The notes under the pieces: generated by a model | Database searches by the model: none | The model's input: only the letters and a program-made list of their open reading frames with translations | Told to the model about the DNA's origin: nothing | Shown here: positions 22,481 to 34,677 of the stretch, piece by piece | How the letters are laid out: every line of letters starts with the position of its first letter | Numbering within the stretch: the first letter of the stretch is position 1 | Made by a program: the position numbers and the translations under genes | From: Octopus sinensis | Lineage: Eukaryota | DNA: 64,000 bases | Direction: 5' to 3' | Assembly (NCBI RefSeq): GCF_006345805.1 | Contig: NC_042999.1 | Coordinates: 56,730,001 to 56,794,000 of the forward strand

Positions 22481-23601
22481 ACTAAAAGCCTAAGACCTTT
22501 ATTTTTCTGAGAAAACCTTGTTTTATAAGCTTCACCAGGCTCCCAGTGAACTTCAGAAATGGAAAGCTGTGATTGGCTGCTTGGACTATGGCGCAAAATG
22601 GCTCGACTTATTTTCGCGCCATAGTCCAAGCAGCCAATCACAGCTTTCCATTTCTGAAGTTCACTGGGAGCCTGGTGAAGCTTATAAAACAAGGTTTTCT
22701 CAGAAAAATAAAGGTCTTAGGTTTTTAGTTCTTCTCAGAGCTAGACCTCTGACCACACAGCTCGTCTTAGGTTTCCAGTCCTTCTCAGGGCGAACCTCTG
22801 ACCACACAGAGCTCGTCTTAGGCTTTTAGTTCTTTTAAGAACTAAGTCTCTGACCACACAGAGAATACTCGACCAAGTTCCAGTTCGAGGCAGGCGACCA
22901 CCATTAATACAAGATGTTACAGATACCCAACATACTGTTAGTGTGAAATATCACCATGAAGAAAACGGTTACAAGATATCTATAACTAGAGAAAAATAAC
23001 CAAGCAGAAAATAATGAAGAAGCAGCAAGAACCAATCGACAAACATCGAAGATTTAATTTGTACACGAGACAACTACAGATTCAACTATAGCGGTTAGGT
23101 GAAATTCTCGCCACGGGAAAAAACGGCTACAGTAACATGTCTGGAAGTATATTCATATCAAGAGAAAGATAAACACGAGTGGTTCAATTAATCTCAACTG
23201 CGACACGCAATATCTTGATATGGAAGTCTGACGCTGTACCTCATAAACGGTAAATCAATTATCTGTTCTTGGGTTCTAGTTTCTTCTAAGAACTACCTTA
23301 AGCCATCTGTTATTACCTGTTGCCAAGCCGATACCAACAACATTAACTGTGAATCAAATCCCATCGACAATTCACTGGTCAGTACCTTTTTACGCCTAAC
23401 GAACACACAGACACAAAAACATGCGAACACTTACAAACTTCCAACATCAAACATGATTGTAAAATATGTAAAATAAATAATGTATATATCTTAAAAAGAA
23501 ATCTTGTTGTCATTCCAAACTTATGTGTATTGCCGCTGCATGTAAAATATAGTCAGTAAAATATATTATTAAGAATAGGATCACGTAACTATTTTTACAT
23601 G

Positions 23602-25230
23602 CATTAACCTCATCAGCTCTAGTGCCTGCTCGGACAGCAGGAAGAGTTTGTCGAAAATCTCCTGCCATGAGAAACGTAGCTCCACCCATTATTTTTGTAT
23701 TGTGACGCAAATCTTGGAGAGTTCTGTCAAGAGCCTCAAACATGGCCTTATTACTCATTGTAGCCTCATCCCAAATAAAAAGACTGCATTCACGAAGAAG
23801 TCTTGCTCTTGAGGAACTACGATCTATATTACATATAGGATTATCTTTCTTTCCAATGTCCATGGGCAATTTGAATGCACTATGTGCCGTACGGCCGCCT
23901 TGAAGCAGTGTCGCTGCAATACCACTTGAGGCACATGCAATGGCAAATCGACGTTCAGCGCGCAGCTTTGCGAGAATCAAATTGATAACGAAAGTTTTAC
24001 CAGTACCACCTGGAGCATTCAAAAAGAAAAGCTTTCCTTGGTTCAATCTAACGCTGTCAATAATTTCATTATAAATCTCTCTTTGTTCAGGCAAAAGTCT
24101 TGGTTCATCTCGCGTAATTGTTTCCGTCAATTCGGCAATGTTGTAGTTGTTTTCTGACATGTATTCAACATCCAAAGGCGCTTCATGATGGACAGGTGTT
24201 GGCAGATGGAATTCACTTAAACCGCGTATAACATAGCGTCTGATGTGTCTGTCCATGTCGATTAATGCCTCATTATAAACATCGTCGTTGCCATCACGTT
24301 GCGCTAAATTAGCCTGTATGTCCTTTGATAGGCTCTGTCTGAACGATTCCCAAAGGTTAAGAGGGTTGCTGGGATTACAGTGGATTAATATGCTACAAAA
24401 CAATCGACGCATTTGCCATGGCAGTTTACAATTTGAGGCCTCTGCTAATGTCCTGTGTAAGTGGTCGTCATTGAGAAGTCCGCGCCTCAAACATGCTTTC
24501 CTGTAAGTGACGCAGATGATACCATCAACCGTGCGAAGATCAGCAAAAGACTTCGGTCCAGTAACTACATGAAGTAGCATTCTCAAAAAGATTTCCTGTT
24601 TGGTAGGATGGATATTATACACACGCCCAATGACGTTCTTCCTAGAAACACCGGGCCAATTGTCAAGTTCTGTTCCATGTGACCTGCGCTTCCAATTATT
24701 GTTGTTGTATGTGTAATATTCCGGTACTTCAGGGTAAATGAGAGTAGCAGCAAACTCATCAACTGAACACAATTTAAAAAATGCTGTAAGCGTAGTCCCT
24801 TTTGGATTTTCAATGACTTGACGTGCATTTTTCTCTGTGAAGTAAACCAGCTGTCTCTTCTGTAAATGAACATTCAGGTGGAAAACTGATGGTGAGCTTA
24901 GATGAATCTCGTATCCAAAAATGCGCCACGCTGCTTAATTGGAGGATACATACCTACTCCAAACGAATTGTTTAATTTCGTCATGTCTAAGGTCTTCATC
25001 ACTGAACACAAACACGGCCATATCATCGCCCTTATTAATGTACTTGCAGAGGTATTGTATGCATCTCACCGAACTGCAGTACTCAACATTAATGTGTGCA
25101 TTAAATGTTTTGGAAAGCAAAGGGTTGAATGGAACGATCCAGGCATTATCAACATCGAATGTTTTTAGCCGTTGTTTAATTGTAGCTGTGCGGCCACCCA
25201 AACCTGGGTCACATATATGAAAGAGAGGAC
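23602..25230 (-). pseudogene. Helitron Rep C-terminal region and PIF1 helicase N-terminal part
   Basis: VDNAWIVPFNPLL..FNAHINVEYC..YLCKYINKGDD; NAPGGTGKTF (Walker A), ASSGIAATLLQGGRTAHSAFKLP, IWDEATM, GDFRQTLP. Confidence 0.95.
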
Positions 25231-25541
25231 GGGAAAATGAAATATTTTGCAATGTAAACATGATTTGTTTTAAGAGAAAGATTGTCATGATTGTGTGTTG
25301 GTGGTGGCGATGATAATTATCATTAGGAAAAACATAAGTTGTGGCGATGATAATTCTAGACCCCTTTTCACATTTTGATGAAGAGAACCCGATTTCATTC
25401 GGGTCTACTGGGGCCACATATAGGGGTGTGTGTGTGTGTGTGTGTGTGCACACTGTAGAAATTAAATTAGAGATCAAACCACTAACAGGGAAATGAAACA
25501 GTAAAAAAACAAAAACATAAAAATATAATATTAGATATATG

Positions 25542-25593
<52 letters not shown>

Positions 25594-26012
25594 GACAGGT
25601 AGACAATAGAGTGCGATGGCGATGGGGATGGCGATGTAATATTTGTTACTGTCTATGAACGCTGATAGATACATGAGTAAAATGTATAGGAAGGTAAGAA
25701 ATAAGAGTGAGTGAAAATGTTCTTGGAAGAGAGTCAATAGCGACAGAGTGATTTGAGGAAGACTTTACATTAAATAACGGTAGTTGCATTGTCAAATGAA
25801 GAGGAGTGACAGAGTACTGGAGGAAATAGGGTGAGGTAGGAAGATGGCCCCTAGCAACCACACCTTTTAAGATAGGGATTTCTAAGGTAGCCCACGCGCA
25901 TCGTCACCTCATTCTACATGTCCCTGTAAATTTTGGAGCGAATCGGACGGGATGTAGTGGCATTGAAAGCGAACCAAGCGGTAAAAACGCATTTCAGTTT
26001 TATATATAGAGA

Positions 26013-26052
<40 letters not shown>

Positions 26053-27147
26053 GGAGATATATTTAGGAGTTTACAAAGAATTTGAGATGAACTGACCTGT
26101 TTTAGCATTTTTTTATTTTGTGTGAAGCTAAGGATTGTTTGCTATTTTAAGGGATAGTGTGGGAGGTTGGTTGGGGTGGGGGAAGGAATAGCAATGTGGA
26201 ATTGAAAGGATTTTTTTGTTTCATGGTTCAGTGGTTTGGGAGACTAGTCTCAGCGGTCAGAATGGTGTGAGTGTGTGTGCGTCTCTGTGTACGTCTGTGT
26301 GTGTGTGTGTGTATACATGTGTTTGTGTGTGTGGACCGTTTTCTATTGGTCCCAGAGTTTATTGTGGCGTATGTAAATGTGTCTGTGTGTGTTTTTTATT
26401 TGGTAGGAAGGTGTGTGTATATGTGTGCACGGTTGTGTGTGTGTGTGTGTGTATATGATTTATATTTGTTAGGGTGTTGTGTGTGCGCAAGTGTGTATAT
26501 GTGTTTGTTCGCGTGTGTGTATGTGTGTGTATGGGACGAAGAGTTTCGGAATATTCACATGTGTTGGCTTTGTTTCCTCATTCCTTCCCCCCCCCCACCA
26601 AAAAATGGGTAATTTTTAATGAAATTTTCTAATAATGCGTTTCAGAGTGTGTAGATCACGATTATATCGGAATTTAGTATGAACAAGGAATGGTGGGTTC
26701 GCACATATACAAGCTGACATCACATCACATACATCTACAAAATGAAACTTGGAATTCCGGAGAAAATAAATTTCATTTTGTAGTGATGTGTGTCAGCATG
26801 TATGAGCGCGTGCTCACCATTTTCCTTTTCACATCTAGTTCCGATATAATAGTAATTTACACTCTGAAAGTATTTGTAGAGAATTTCATTAAAAAAAATA
26901 TCCATTATTCCGAAAGTTATGAGCAAACAAACCCAACTCGAGTGAATTTTCCGAAACTCCACTTTCCGCCAACAGGAGAGAATTTTCCGCATCAAATTCT
27001 GATATTATCCACTCTCCACCATCTAAAGCGTATTTATAGAAAATTTCATTAAAAAAGTATCCATCATTTTTCTGGAAACAAAGTCGGCGAGGGAGGGGCA
27101 CTTGAGTAAGTATGCCTCTGTGTGTGTGTGTGCGTATCTGTATATAT

Positions 27148-27182
<35 letters not shown>

Positions 27183-27568
27183 ATACATGTGTGTATTTAT
27201 ATATACAATAGGCACAGGAGTAGGTGTGTGGTAAGAAGCTTGCTTCCCAACCACATGGTTCCGGGTTCAGTCCCACTGCGTGGTACCTTGTCTCTGTTTG
27301 TCCCCCAACCATCGTTTGACAGCCGATGCTGGTGTATTTACGTCCCCGTAATATAGCGATTCCACAAAAGGGTACGATAGAATAAGTACTAAGCTTACAA
27401 AGAATAAGTCCTGGGGTCGATTTGGGATCTTTTCCATATGAGATGGAACAGATCCTCGATTTGTTCGACTCGAGGCGATGCTCCAGCGTAACTGCGGTTA
27501 AAATGGCTGAAAGAAATTTAAAAAAATAAAGAATATGTGTGTGTGTGTAAATATATGCACATACATGG

Positions 27569-27601
<33 letters not shown>

Positions 27602-27610
27602 AATATATAG

Positions 27611-28675
27611 GGCGGATGTAAAGATCATGAACTGCACCTCATTGCGACTTTTTTTTTTTTGATGGAGGGGGTTCTTACAGGAACACACTATAACGAGGGC
27701 GGAGATCCCGAATCTGCAAAAAAATTTGCATTTCAAAAGTTAAATCACCCTCTCCCTTTGACCCCCACCCCCACCCCATAAATTCTTAAATTTTCACTTT
27801 TTGAAAAAAACTTTTGGGTGCAATACATAGAAAAATACGGACATCATGATTCTGAAAAATAAAATAAACACCACCAGAATTGAAATTAAAGTATCATGCT
27901 AATGTTTAATGACGAACATAAACCCAACATGTGGTTGAGGGTCTTTTGGAATTAAGAGACGTATGTAAAAATTAGATTTTTTGCACACACACACACCACA
28001 CACACACACACCACACCACACACACACACACCACACACACACACACCACACACACACACACCACACACACACACACCACACACACACAAAACAAAATGAC
28101 ATTAAATTTTTTTTTTCTTTTTTGGTAATTCGTATTTAGAAAGTTGATCCTCGATTTGGCTGTTGTTTCTAGCTTGTCAGATTTCTGGTTGGGGCGGATT
28201 TAAATTTTGAAATTTTTCCTTTGGTAATTCGTATTAAAATTCTGAAAACGTGTTTCTAGTATGTCAGGTATTCTGTTTAGATCCGTTTTGTGTCTGCTAT
28301 TTTATAATTCTATGATGTATGCGTGAAACATTAGTAGAGAAAACAGCTTTAATTTCACTTTTTGTCATAGGGCCGAGGGGGAGGGGTAGAGATTTTTTTT
28401 TTGTGAAAAATTGAAATTTTACATTTTTCTTTTTTTTTTTTCAGAATCATAATCTTCTTTTTTTTCTACGTATTTCGCCCGAAAAGTTTTTTAAAAAAGG
28501 AAATTGTAAGAAATTTGTTAGGGAGAGGTTAAATTTTGAAATGCAGATTTTTTTTTGCCAGATTTGGAATCTCCGCCGTCGATATAGTGTGTCCATGTAA
28601 AAAAATTTTTTTTTTAATTTTAAAAAACCCCAAAACGTCGCAAAGGGTGTGCGGTCCATGATCTTTACCTCCGCC
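27611..28675. mobile_element. Non-autonomous DNA transposon with ~30-bp imperfect TIRs
   Basis: ggcggatgtaaagatcatgaactgcac vs reverse complement ggcggaggtaaagatcatggaccgcac; TA-rich flanks; no ORF. Confidence 0.7.
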
Positions 28676-30134
28676 ATATATAGTTTAAAAAAAAAATTTT
28701 TTTTTTAAAGAAATATCTACTTAGTTTGCAACTAGAATTTAATAAAATTGTATTTTTTTCAGGGGAAAGAACGAAACCGAACTGCTTGTCCGGTAGAGTA
28801 CATCGATCTACTAAAATGGCAAAACTGCGCAAACTCGAAAAATGCACTTCCGGTACAAATAAAACTCTTTTTTAGCAACATGAGTGTTGTCGTTGGTAAG
28901 TATAACATCGCCGTAAAAATAATATTTACGGACCAAACTTAAACAAACTAATTATATTTGATAAATAATTGGATTGTTTATAATTTAATCAACTGTTACG
29001 TTTAAAATAGCAAGTTTGTGTGCATTTTATATAATTCTTTGTTTATTTGTTATATAACAGAGGAGACAGACCGGTTTGTTAAGGACAACTGTTGATAAAG
29101 CAAGAATTTATATATTCTCATAACTTAATTGTAACAGTTTATTTCTGAACTCACGAAATGATTCTACATTGAATAATAGGCCTAGGAACTAGTTTTTCAC
29201 CCCTGGGGAAAACACGGTGAATTTTGCCATGTATCGATTTTAGGGTTAAACTTTGTTTAACCCGGTCATAAAAACAAACAAAAAAAAAATAGTGCAATAG
29301 ATGTAAAGCAACTTGCTTTAAACGAATATGACAAAAAAAAATGCGCTCTCACGAAAGTGGGGTGGGTGAGAAGACTCGGAAAATTCACATCTTCAGTCCA
29401 TGGCCTTTAAACTATAGTGTTTGACCCGGGCCGGAAAAAAAAAAAGAAACAAAATAGTGTAATTGGTGTAAAACTACTTGTTCTAAACGATTATCAAGAA
29501 CATACACACACACAAAGAGAAATGGTTGGTTCAAGGCAAGTGTGCATTGAACTGAATTTGAATAAGCAAGAAAGATATTATCAAAGAAAAGGCCATAGCA
29601 TCATCTTTAGTATCTGCTGCTGCTGCTGCTGTTGTTGTTGTTGAGTTGAATGTGTGTGTGTGTGGTGAAGTTATTAATATCAATACATTAACCAACACCA
29701 TTGAAGTGAAATAATAGTTTCTATACTTTTGGTTTGGCACTGCTGAATTAGTGTCATTGTAATAATGTGTGTGTGTTGTGCATATATATTATGCGTGAAT
29801 GACATTAGGTCGTTGAGGTAATATTTAAAACAAAGGTAAATTAATCCCCCAGACATTTGAAATATTTCATAAACTGTCGCCATTGAAGAATTTTAATTCA
29901 GTTCTGGAAATTTTCTAACTTTCGTCAATATCATATTGACGACGGAGTAACTCTTATACAAATAGTATATGGACTGCATAGCATACACTTCTCCATCTGG
30001 TTTTTCGTACTTAGAAGCCTCAAGTTCTACAACACTTACACTGAGAGTTCGGAAATACGGTGTATTGCCGGCTTGTTTATATAACAACGCCATATATTTG
30101 TATATAGGCATTCTATACCAAAGAATACCTTATA

Positions 30135-30343
30135 TATATGTTTCTTTACTACCCACAAGGGGCTAAACATAGAGGGGACAAACGGATTAAGTCGATTACA
30201 TCGGCTCCAGTGCGTAACTGGTACTTAATTTATCGACCCCGAAAGGATGAAAGGCAAAGTCGACCTCGGCGGAATTTGAACTCAGAACGTAGCGACGGGC
30301 GAAATACCGCGAAGCACTTCGCCCGGCGCCAGCTCGCCGCCTT
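30135..30343 (-). mobile_element. Full MetaSINE-like SINE with LINE-type tail
   Basis: Head aaggcggcgagctgg, B-box, core, tail ccccttgtgggtagtaaagaaa. Confidence 0.85.
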
Positions 30344-30349
30344 ATATAT

Positions 30350-30362
30350 ATGCTCGTGGTTG
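30350..30362 (+). CDS. SDR39U1: Candidate SDR39U1 first coding exon (MLVV+G)
   Basis: ATG CTC GTG GTT G|gtcagg supplies the phase-1 G and gives MLVVGGGTGFIG (human MRVLVGGGTGFIG); weak donor, so tentative. Confidence 0.3.
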
Positions 30363-32014
30363 GTCAGGCTGTTGTTTTGTAGACAAGATATTGTGTGTAT
30401 GTGGTAAGATATATTAGCTCACGATCTCACTTTATGTATGTTGTCATTCTTTCGCTTCAAATATGTTAACTTCTATCAAACTCGGCAATTTGATATAAAA
30501 TAAAATTCCTCTGCAATTAGCGTCTCGAGAAGATATCAAGAATTGCTGTTTAAAAAATTAAAGGAAAAAAAAAAACAGAAAAAGGCATTCCTTAAACACC
30601 CCAGAAAATGAAAGAAAGATTGGTGACCAGTGGAGACCTACTGCACTAGCTGGAGTAAATGGTCAGTGATTAGTGACCACTCTGTAACATGATACAATGT
30701 ACTGACTTATCTGGTGAGCAAGCCTCTAACCTCGCTAGCCTCTGAGAGTCTCTAACTCAAGCCTGACTCACTTCGTCAGTTAAATACTGCTTCCACATAT
30801 GATATAGTAATGCTACTACATACCTATAAATATCCTAGGCTCATCTTATTATTTAACGTCCATTTTCCATGCTAGCATGTGTTGGACGGTTTGACCAGAG
30901 CTTTCAAGCCGGAGCGCTGCACCAGGCTTCAATTGTCTGGTTTGACAAGGTTTTTACAGCTGGATGCCCTTCCTAACACCAACCACTTTACAGAGTGTAC
31001 TGGATGCTTTTTACGGGACACCTGCACAGGTGTTTTTTACATGGAGACAGCATGGGTGCTTTTTACATGTCTGCATCCATAAAATGGCCACCTCACAAGA
31101 AGTTGCCAATATGCTCTGACTTCTTGCCCACAGGTAACTTGTCTCCTCCCTCTACTTTTCCACTACTACTGCAATGGCCTCTCCTCACCTACTGTCTCAC
31201 CTGCTCTTCAAACTCCTCCAAGTACCAGCAGCTGTTAAGGTGCATTGAGGGTGTTTATCTCAGTCCACATCGCTGAAGTCATTGCATTGGGTGAGAAGTC
31301 ACAACTCCCACCTCCTTTTTCTCCATACTGTATCAGATAACATTGTCGCAGCCTGAAGATTGTTGGTCTGGCCTGTGGTGGAGACTGGTTGAGTTGAAGA
31401 ATGAAAATATGTTTCTTGGGTTGTGTGTAGAAGTAATTGAACATTCATGAATATTTAACAGATGATCTTATTGTCGCACATAAAGACAAAGTACATTGAC
31501 CTTTTACAGACAACAACAGCAATAAATACATATTGGGAGACAGAGAGAGAGTGAGATACTTCTTGGAGTTTACAACAAGCTATTGATATAGCAACATGTG
31601 GCTTACCCAACATAACTGGAAATAATTGTGCTATATTCATGGCAACAGGGGTTCCTGTCTACTATCTGTACCATCTGCCGTAGCCACCTTCCTGGGTCAT
31701 CCGGTTGGTTAAAATGCATGCCAAACAACTTTTATGGTGACCGGAAGTCAAATTCTAGAATGTTCAAGAAAACCTGTCCACACCCTTGCTTCATGCTGAT
31801 TGGTCACTTAATAGACCAATTGTGTGAAACTATGGTGGTTTGCATGTGATGTCTGACCACATATCCAGGGATTCAGTTTTGAATCCCCGCTACAACATAA
31901 AGGCAAAAATGTTTGCCCTCTCCAATTCTCTGCTAATGTCCACTCAACACTAACAGTGAATAATGTGGCTTTATTCTCTTCAATTTATACAGGTTATTTT
32001 CTATTAATTTGTAG

Positions 32015-32121
32015 GTGGTGGAACTGGTTTCATTGGACATCATCTTTGTAAGAAGCTAAGGTCCATTGGTTATAAAGTCATAATTGTGTCCAGAACTGCT
32101 GGTTTTAACCAAATTACTTGG
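32015..32121 (+). CDS. SDR39U1: SDR39U1 exon: (G)GGTGFIGHHLCKKLRSIGYKVIIVSRTAGFNQITW
   Basis: Rossmann GGTGFIG motif; tttgtag acceptor, gtaagt donor. Confidence 0.92.
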
Positions 32122-33208
32122 GTAAGTCACAATGTAAAAACTTCCCTAAATCATCATTTAACATCAGTCCAACCTAGCAAGGATTAGACAGTTTGATAGG
32201 ATCTGGCAAGTTACAGAACTAAACTATGTCATGCTCCAGTGTCTGCTGTGGTATATTGTTTACACGACAGAGTGTACTGGGTGTTTTTTTTTAATGCCCC
32301 AACATTTGTGAAGTCACTATGTAACTCACAAGACTAAGATCATACTGGACTGTAGAATGGGAGACAGCTTTGTGCATGCCTGGTGATGAGAGGTTAAAGT
32401 ATGAAGAAAGGGGCCAAAACAGAACAGATATTTTAGTGTAGAGGAGCTATGTGGCTACTCACATTTCAGAAAAGCAGGTAGGACTAACTGAGGTGAAGCT
32501 AGAAAGAGAGATAAAAATGATAGCGACAGTGTGTCATGATGTGCTCAGGGTGGGTCGAACAAGAAGAGGAGTGGCTGGATAGACTGTCCCCCTATCTTTA
32601 ATTCTCACCCACCCATCTTCCTTCTCCTTATTAGGGAGGCCAAGCATCCCGTCTATAGTAAGACAGCCATCTCTGTCCCTCTGTTATACTCTAACCTCTA
32701 GCCTGGCACACAGCCAGTTCCCTCGATTCCACTCCCTTTCTCAACTAAGAGGTCCTTGACATGCAAGTCACTAGGCAACTCCACTGGTGCTAGTAGCCCC
32801 GTAAAAGGCATCCAGTCCACACTATAAAGTGGTTGGCATTAGGAAGGGCATCTAGCCATAGGAACTTTGTCAAAACAGACAAATGGTGGCTGGTGCAACT
32901 CTCCAGCTTGCCAGCATGGAAAATGGTTGTCAAATGATGATGATGAGTGAAGGGTGACTAAAAATGGGGCAGGGTTGCAAATGAACAAAGGTTGAAGTGG
33001 TGGGTTTTGATGAATTGAATGGGAGGTAAGGAAGAGTAGATGATAGCTTGGGCATTGGGTAGGGCATAGGAATGAATGGGGGAGGGGTGATCAATGATAC
33101 AAATGAGTTGGTACAGGGGAGGGAGGTATATGGACTTAAATCTTTCTTTTCTCGCACCAAATGTCACATTTTACTCTGTGTTTAACCTTGAGATGTTTCT
33201 TCATACAG

Positions 33209-33294
33209 AATGATGTTCAGGAAAATGGACTTCCAGATGACTGCAAAGCTGTTGTTAACTTGGCAGGCGAGAACTTAATGAATCCATTAAGAAG
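33209..33294 (+). CDS. SDR39U1: SDR39U1 exon: NDVQENGLPDDCKAVVNLAGENLMNPLR(R)
   Basis: AVVNLAGEN..NPLRR signature; catacag acceptor, gtgagg donor; phase 0 in, 2 out. Confidence 0.93.
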
Positions 33295-34555
33295 GTGAGG
33301 TTTATCGTATGAACTAGTGTGACTAAGTTGTTGTTATAGTCCTATATCAATGCCCATCCAGGAGAACTACAATCAAAGACATTCCAGTGGCAGTCATTCT
33401 ATTTCTATATTCAAGCACACTGTATCAGAGGTTGACTTTACCTTTCATCCTTTCTAGGTCAATAAAATAAGTACCAGTTGCGTACTGGGGTCGATGTAAT
33501 CAACTTAGCCCCATCCCTCAAATTGCTGGCCTTGTGCTAAAATTTGATATCAGTGTTTTTTTTTTTTGATATCATTCAAGAGATAGGTTTGGACTTGTTA
33601 TCCTTCTGGCCCACGTTTTTAGGGTTCAGTAATAAGGGAAGAGTCCTTTTGTTACTTATTCTCAAGTACTTGGTGACCCTGTCAGTGCAGGTGCCACTTA
33701 AAAGCACCCAGTCCACACTGTAAAGTGGTTGGCATCTGGAAGGGCATCCAGCTGTAAAAACCTTGCCTGTACTTGTGCCATGTAATAAGCACTAAGTCCA
33801 CTCTGTTGAGTGGTTGGTGTTAGGAAGGGCATCCAGCTGTAAAAATCCTGCCAAACAGTTACAGAAGTCTGGTGCAGGCTCCTGCCAAACCATTCCACCC
33901 ATGCCAGCATGGAAGGCGGATGTTAAGCAATGATGATTTATGTCTACATCACCATAACAACCACTTAAACCTATTCTTAAACCCCATTCACTTTTGGTTT
34001 ACTTCTGGTTAGGCAATTCAGTTCCTACAGATGCAGACTTGGGTGTGTGGTTAAGAAGTTTGTTCTCCAACCACATGGTTTTAGGTTCAGTCCCACTGCA
34101 TGACATCTTGTGCCAGTGTTTTCTACTATGGCCCTGAACTCACATGCTTTGCGAATGGATTTGGTAATGGGAAATTGAACAAAGCTTGTGTGAATATTTA
34201 GATATGTGTGTATCCTAACATCACATGATAGTTGTAAATGAGTGACACCATCATACAAGCGGTCCCTTTCATTTGTAATCTTCAATGGAAACATGTCTCA
34301 GATTGACAAAATATTAACTTACTTGGTAATAATTGAGGGTTAGAAACAGGAAGGGTATCTAATTGTAAAAAAACTGCTTCAATAAATTCCATTTGACCCA
34401 TGCAAATGTGGAAAAGCTGATGGCAGCAACCAAGAGTGTGGAAGTTCTAAATAATACTCATTTAAGATTGTTAAAGAATAAAGATGGCATTTTGATAAAA
34501 TGGAATCCTGCAGTTATTCAAGATTTGTTTATTTATTTTAATTTACATCTTTCAG

Positions 34556-34677
34556 GTGGAACGCAGGTTTTGAGAAAGATCTTTATGACAGTCGTATTAA
34601 AACTACCAAAACTTTGCTAACAGCTATTTCAAGTGCCCAGACACCTCCAGAAGTATTTGTAGGTACATCTGCCATAG
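34556..34677 (+). CDS. SDR39U1: SDR39U1 exon: WNAGFEKDLYDSRIKTTKTLLTAISSAQTPPEVFVGTSAI(G)
   Basis: ctttcag acceptor, gtaagt donor; phase 2 in, 1 out. Confidence 0.93.

Larger units (their letters stand above)
19330..23595. mobile_element. Composite insert: LTR-like unit in direct-inverted-direct arrangement with nested ORF1-only retroelement
   Basis: Flanked by TACATG repeats (19324-19329, 23596-23601); removing it rejoins helicase ...DEVNAC|IKHSFVWH... Confidence 0.85.
17451..26015 (-). mobile_element. Defective Helitron with Rep/PIF1-helicase remnant, interrupted by a 4.27-kb insert
   Basis: 5' TC(T)CTATATATAAAACTG at ~26012-26015 (first ~800 bp match 16640-17450); 3' hairpin plus CTAG at 17451; internal RepHel coding fragments. 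Confidence 0.85.

Noticed and set aside
19321-22829. Three ORFs starting MFYKLHQAPSELQKW
   Set aside because: Copies of the same LTR-like sequence in the triplication; C-termini differ and starts are non-ATG.
19497-23597. Endogenous densovirus or Polinton (long ITRs, terminal hairpin, 6-bp flanking repeat)
   Set aside because: No NS1/Rep, capsid, pPolB or integrase coding between the repeats, and the termini look LTR-like (TG...CA). Kept only as a structural analogy.
23510-24772. 420-aa ORF as a functional helicase
   Set aside because: It lacks the Rep catalytic region and the helicase C-terminal motifs; its last 28 residues are read-through into the inserted Y segment.
30352-30403. Alternative SDR39U1 exon 1 ending at strong donor G|gtaaga (KILCVC-G)
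   Set aside because: No in-frame ATG upstream before the SINE; could still be a non-coding exon.
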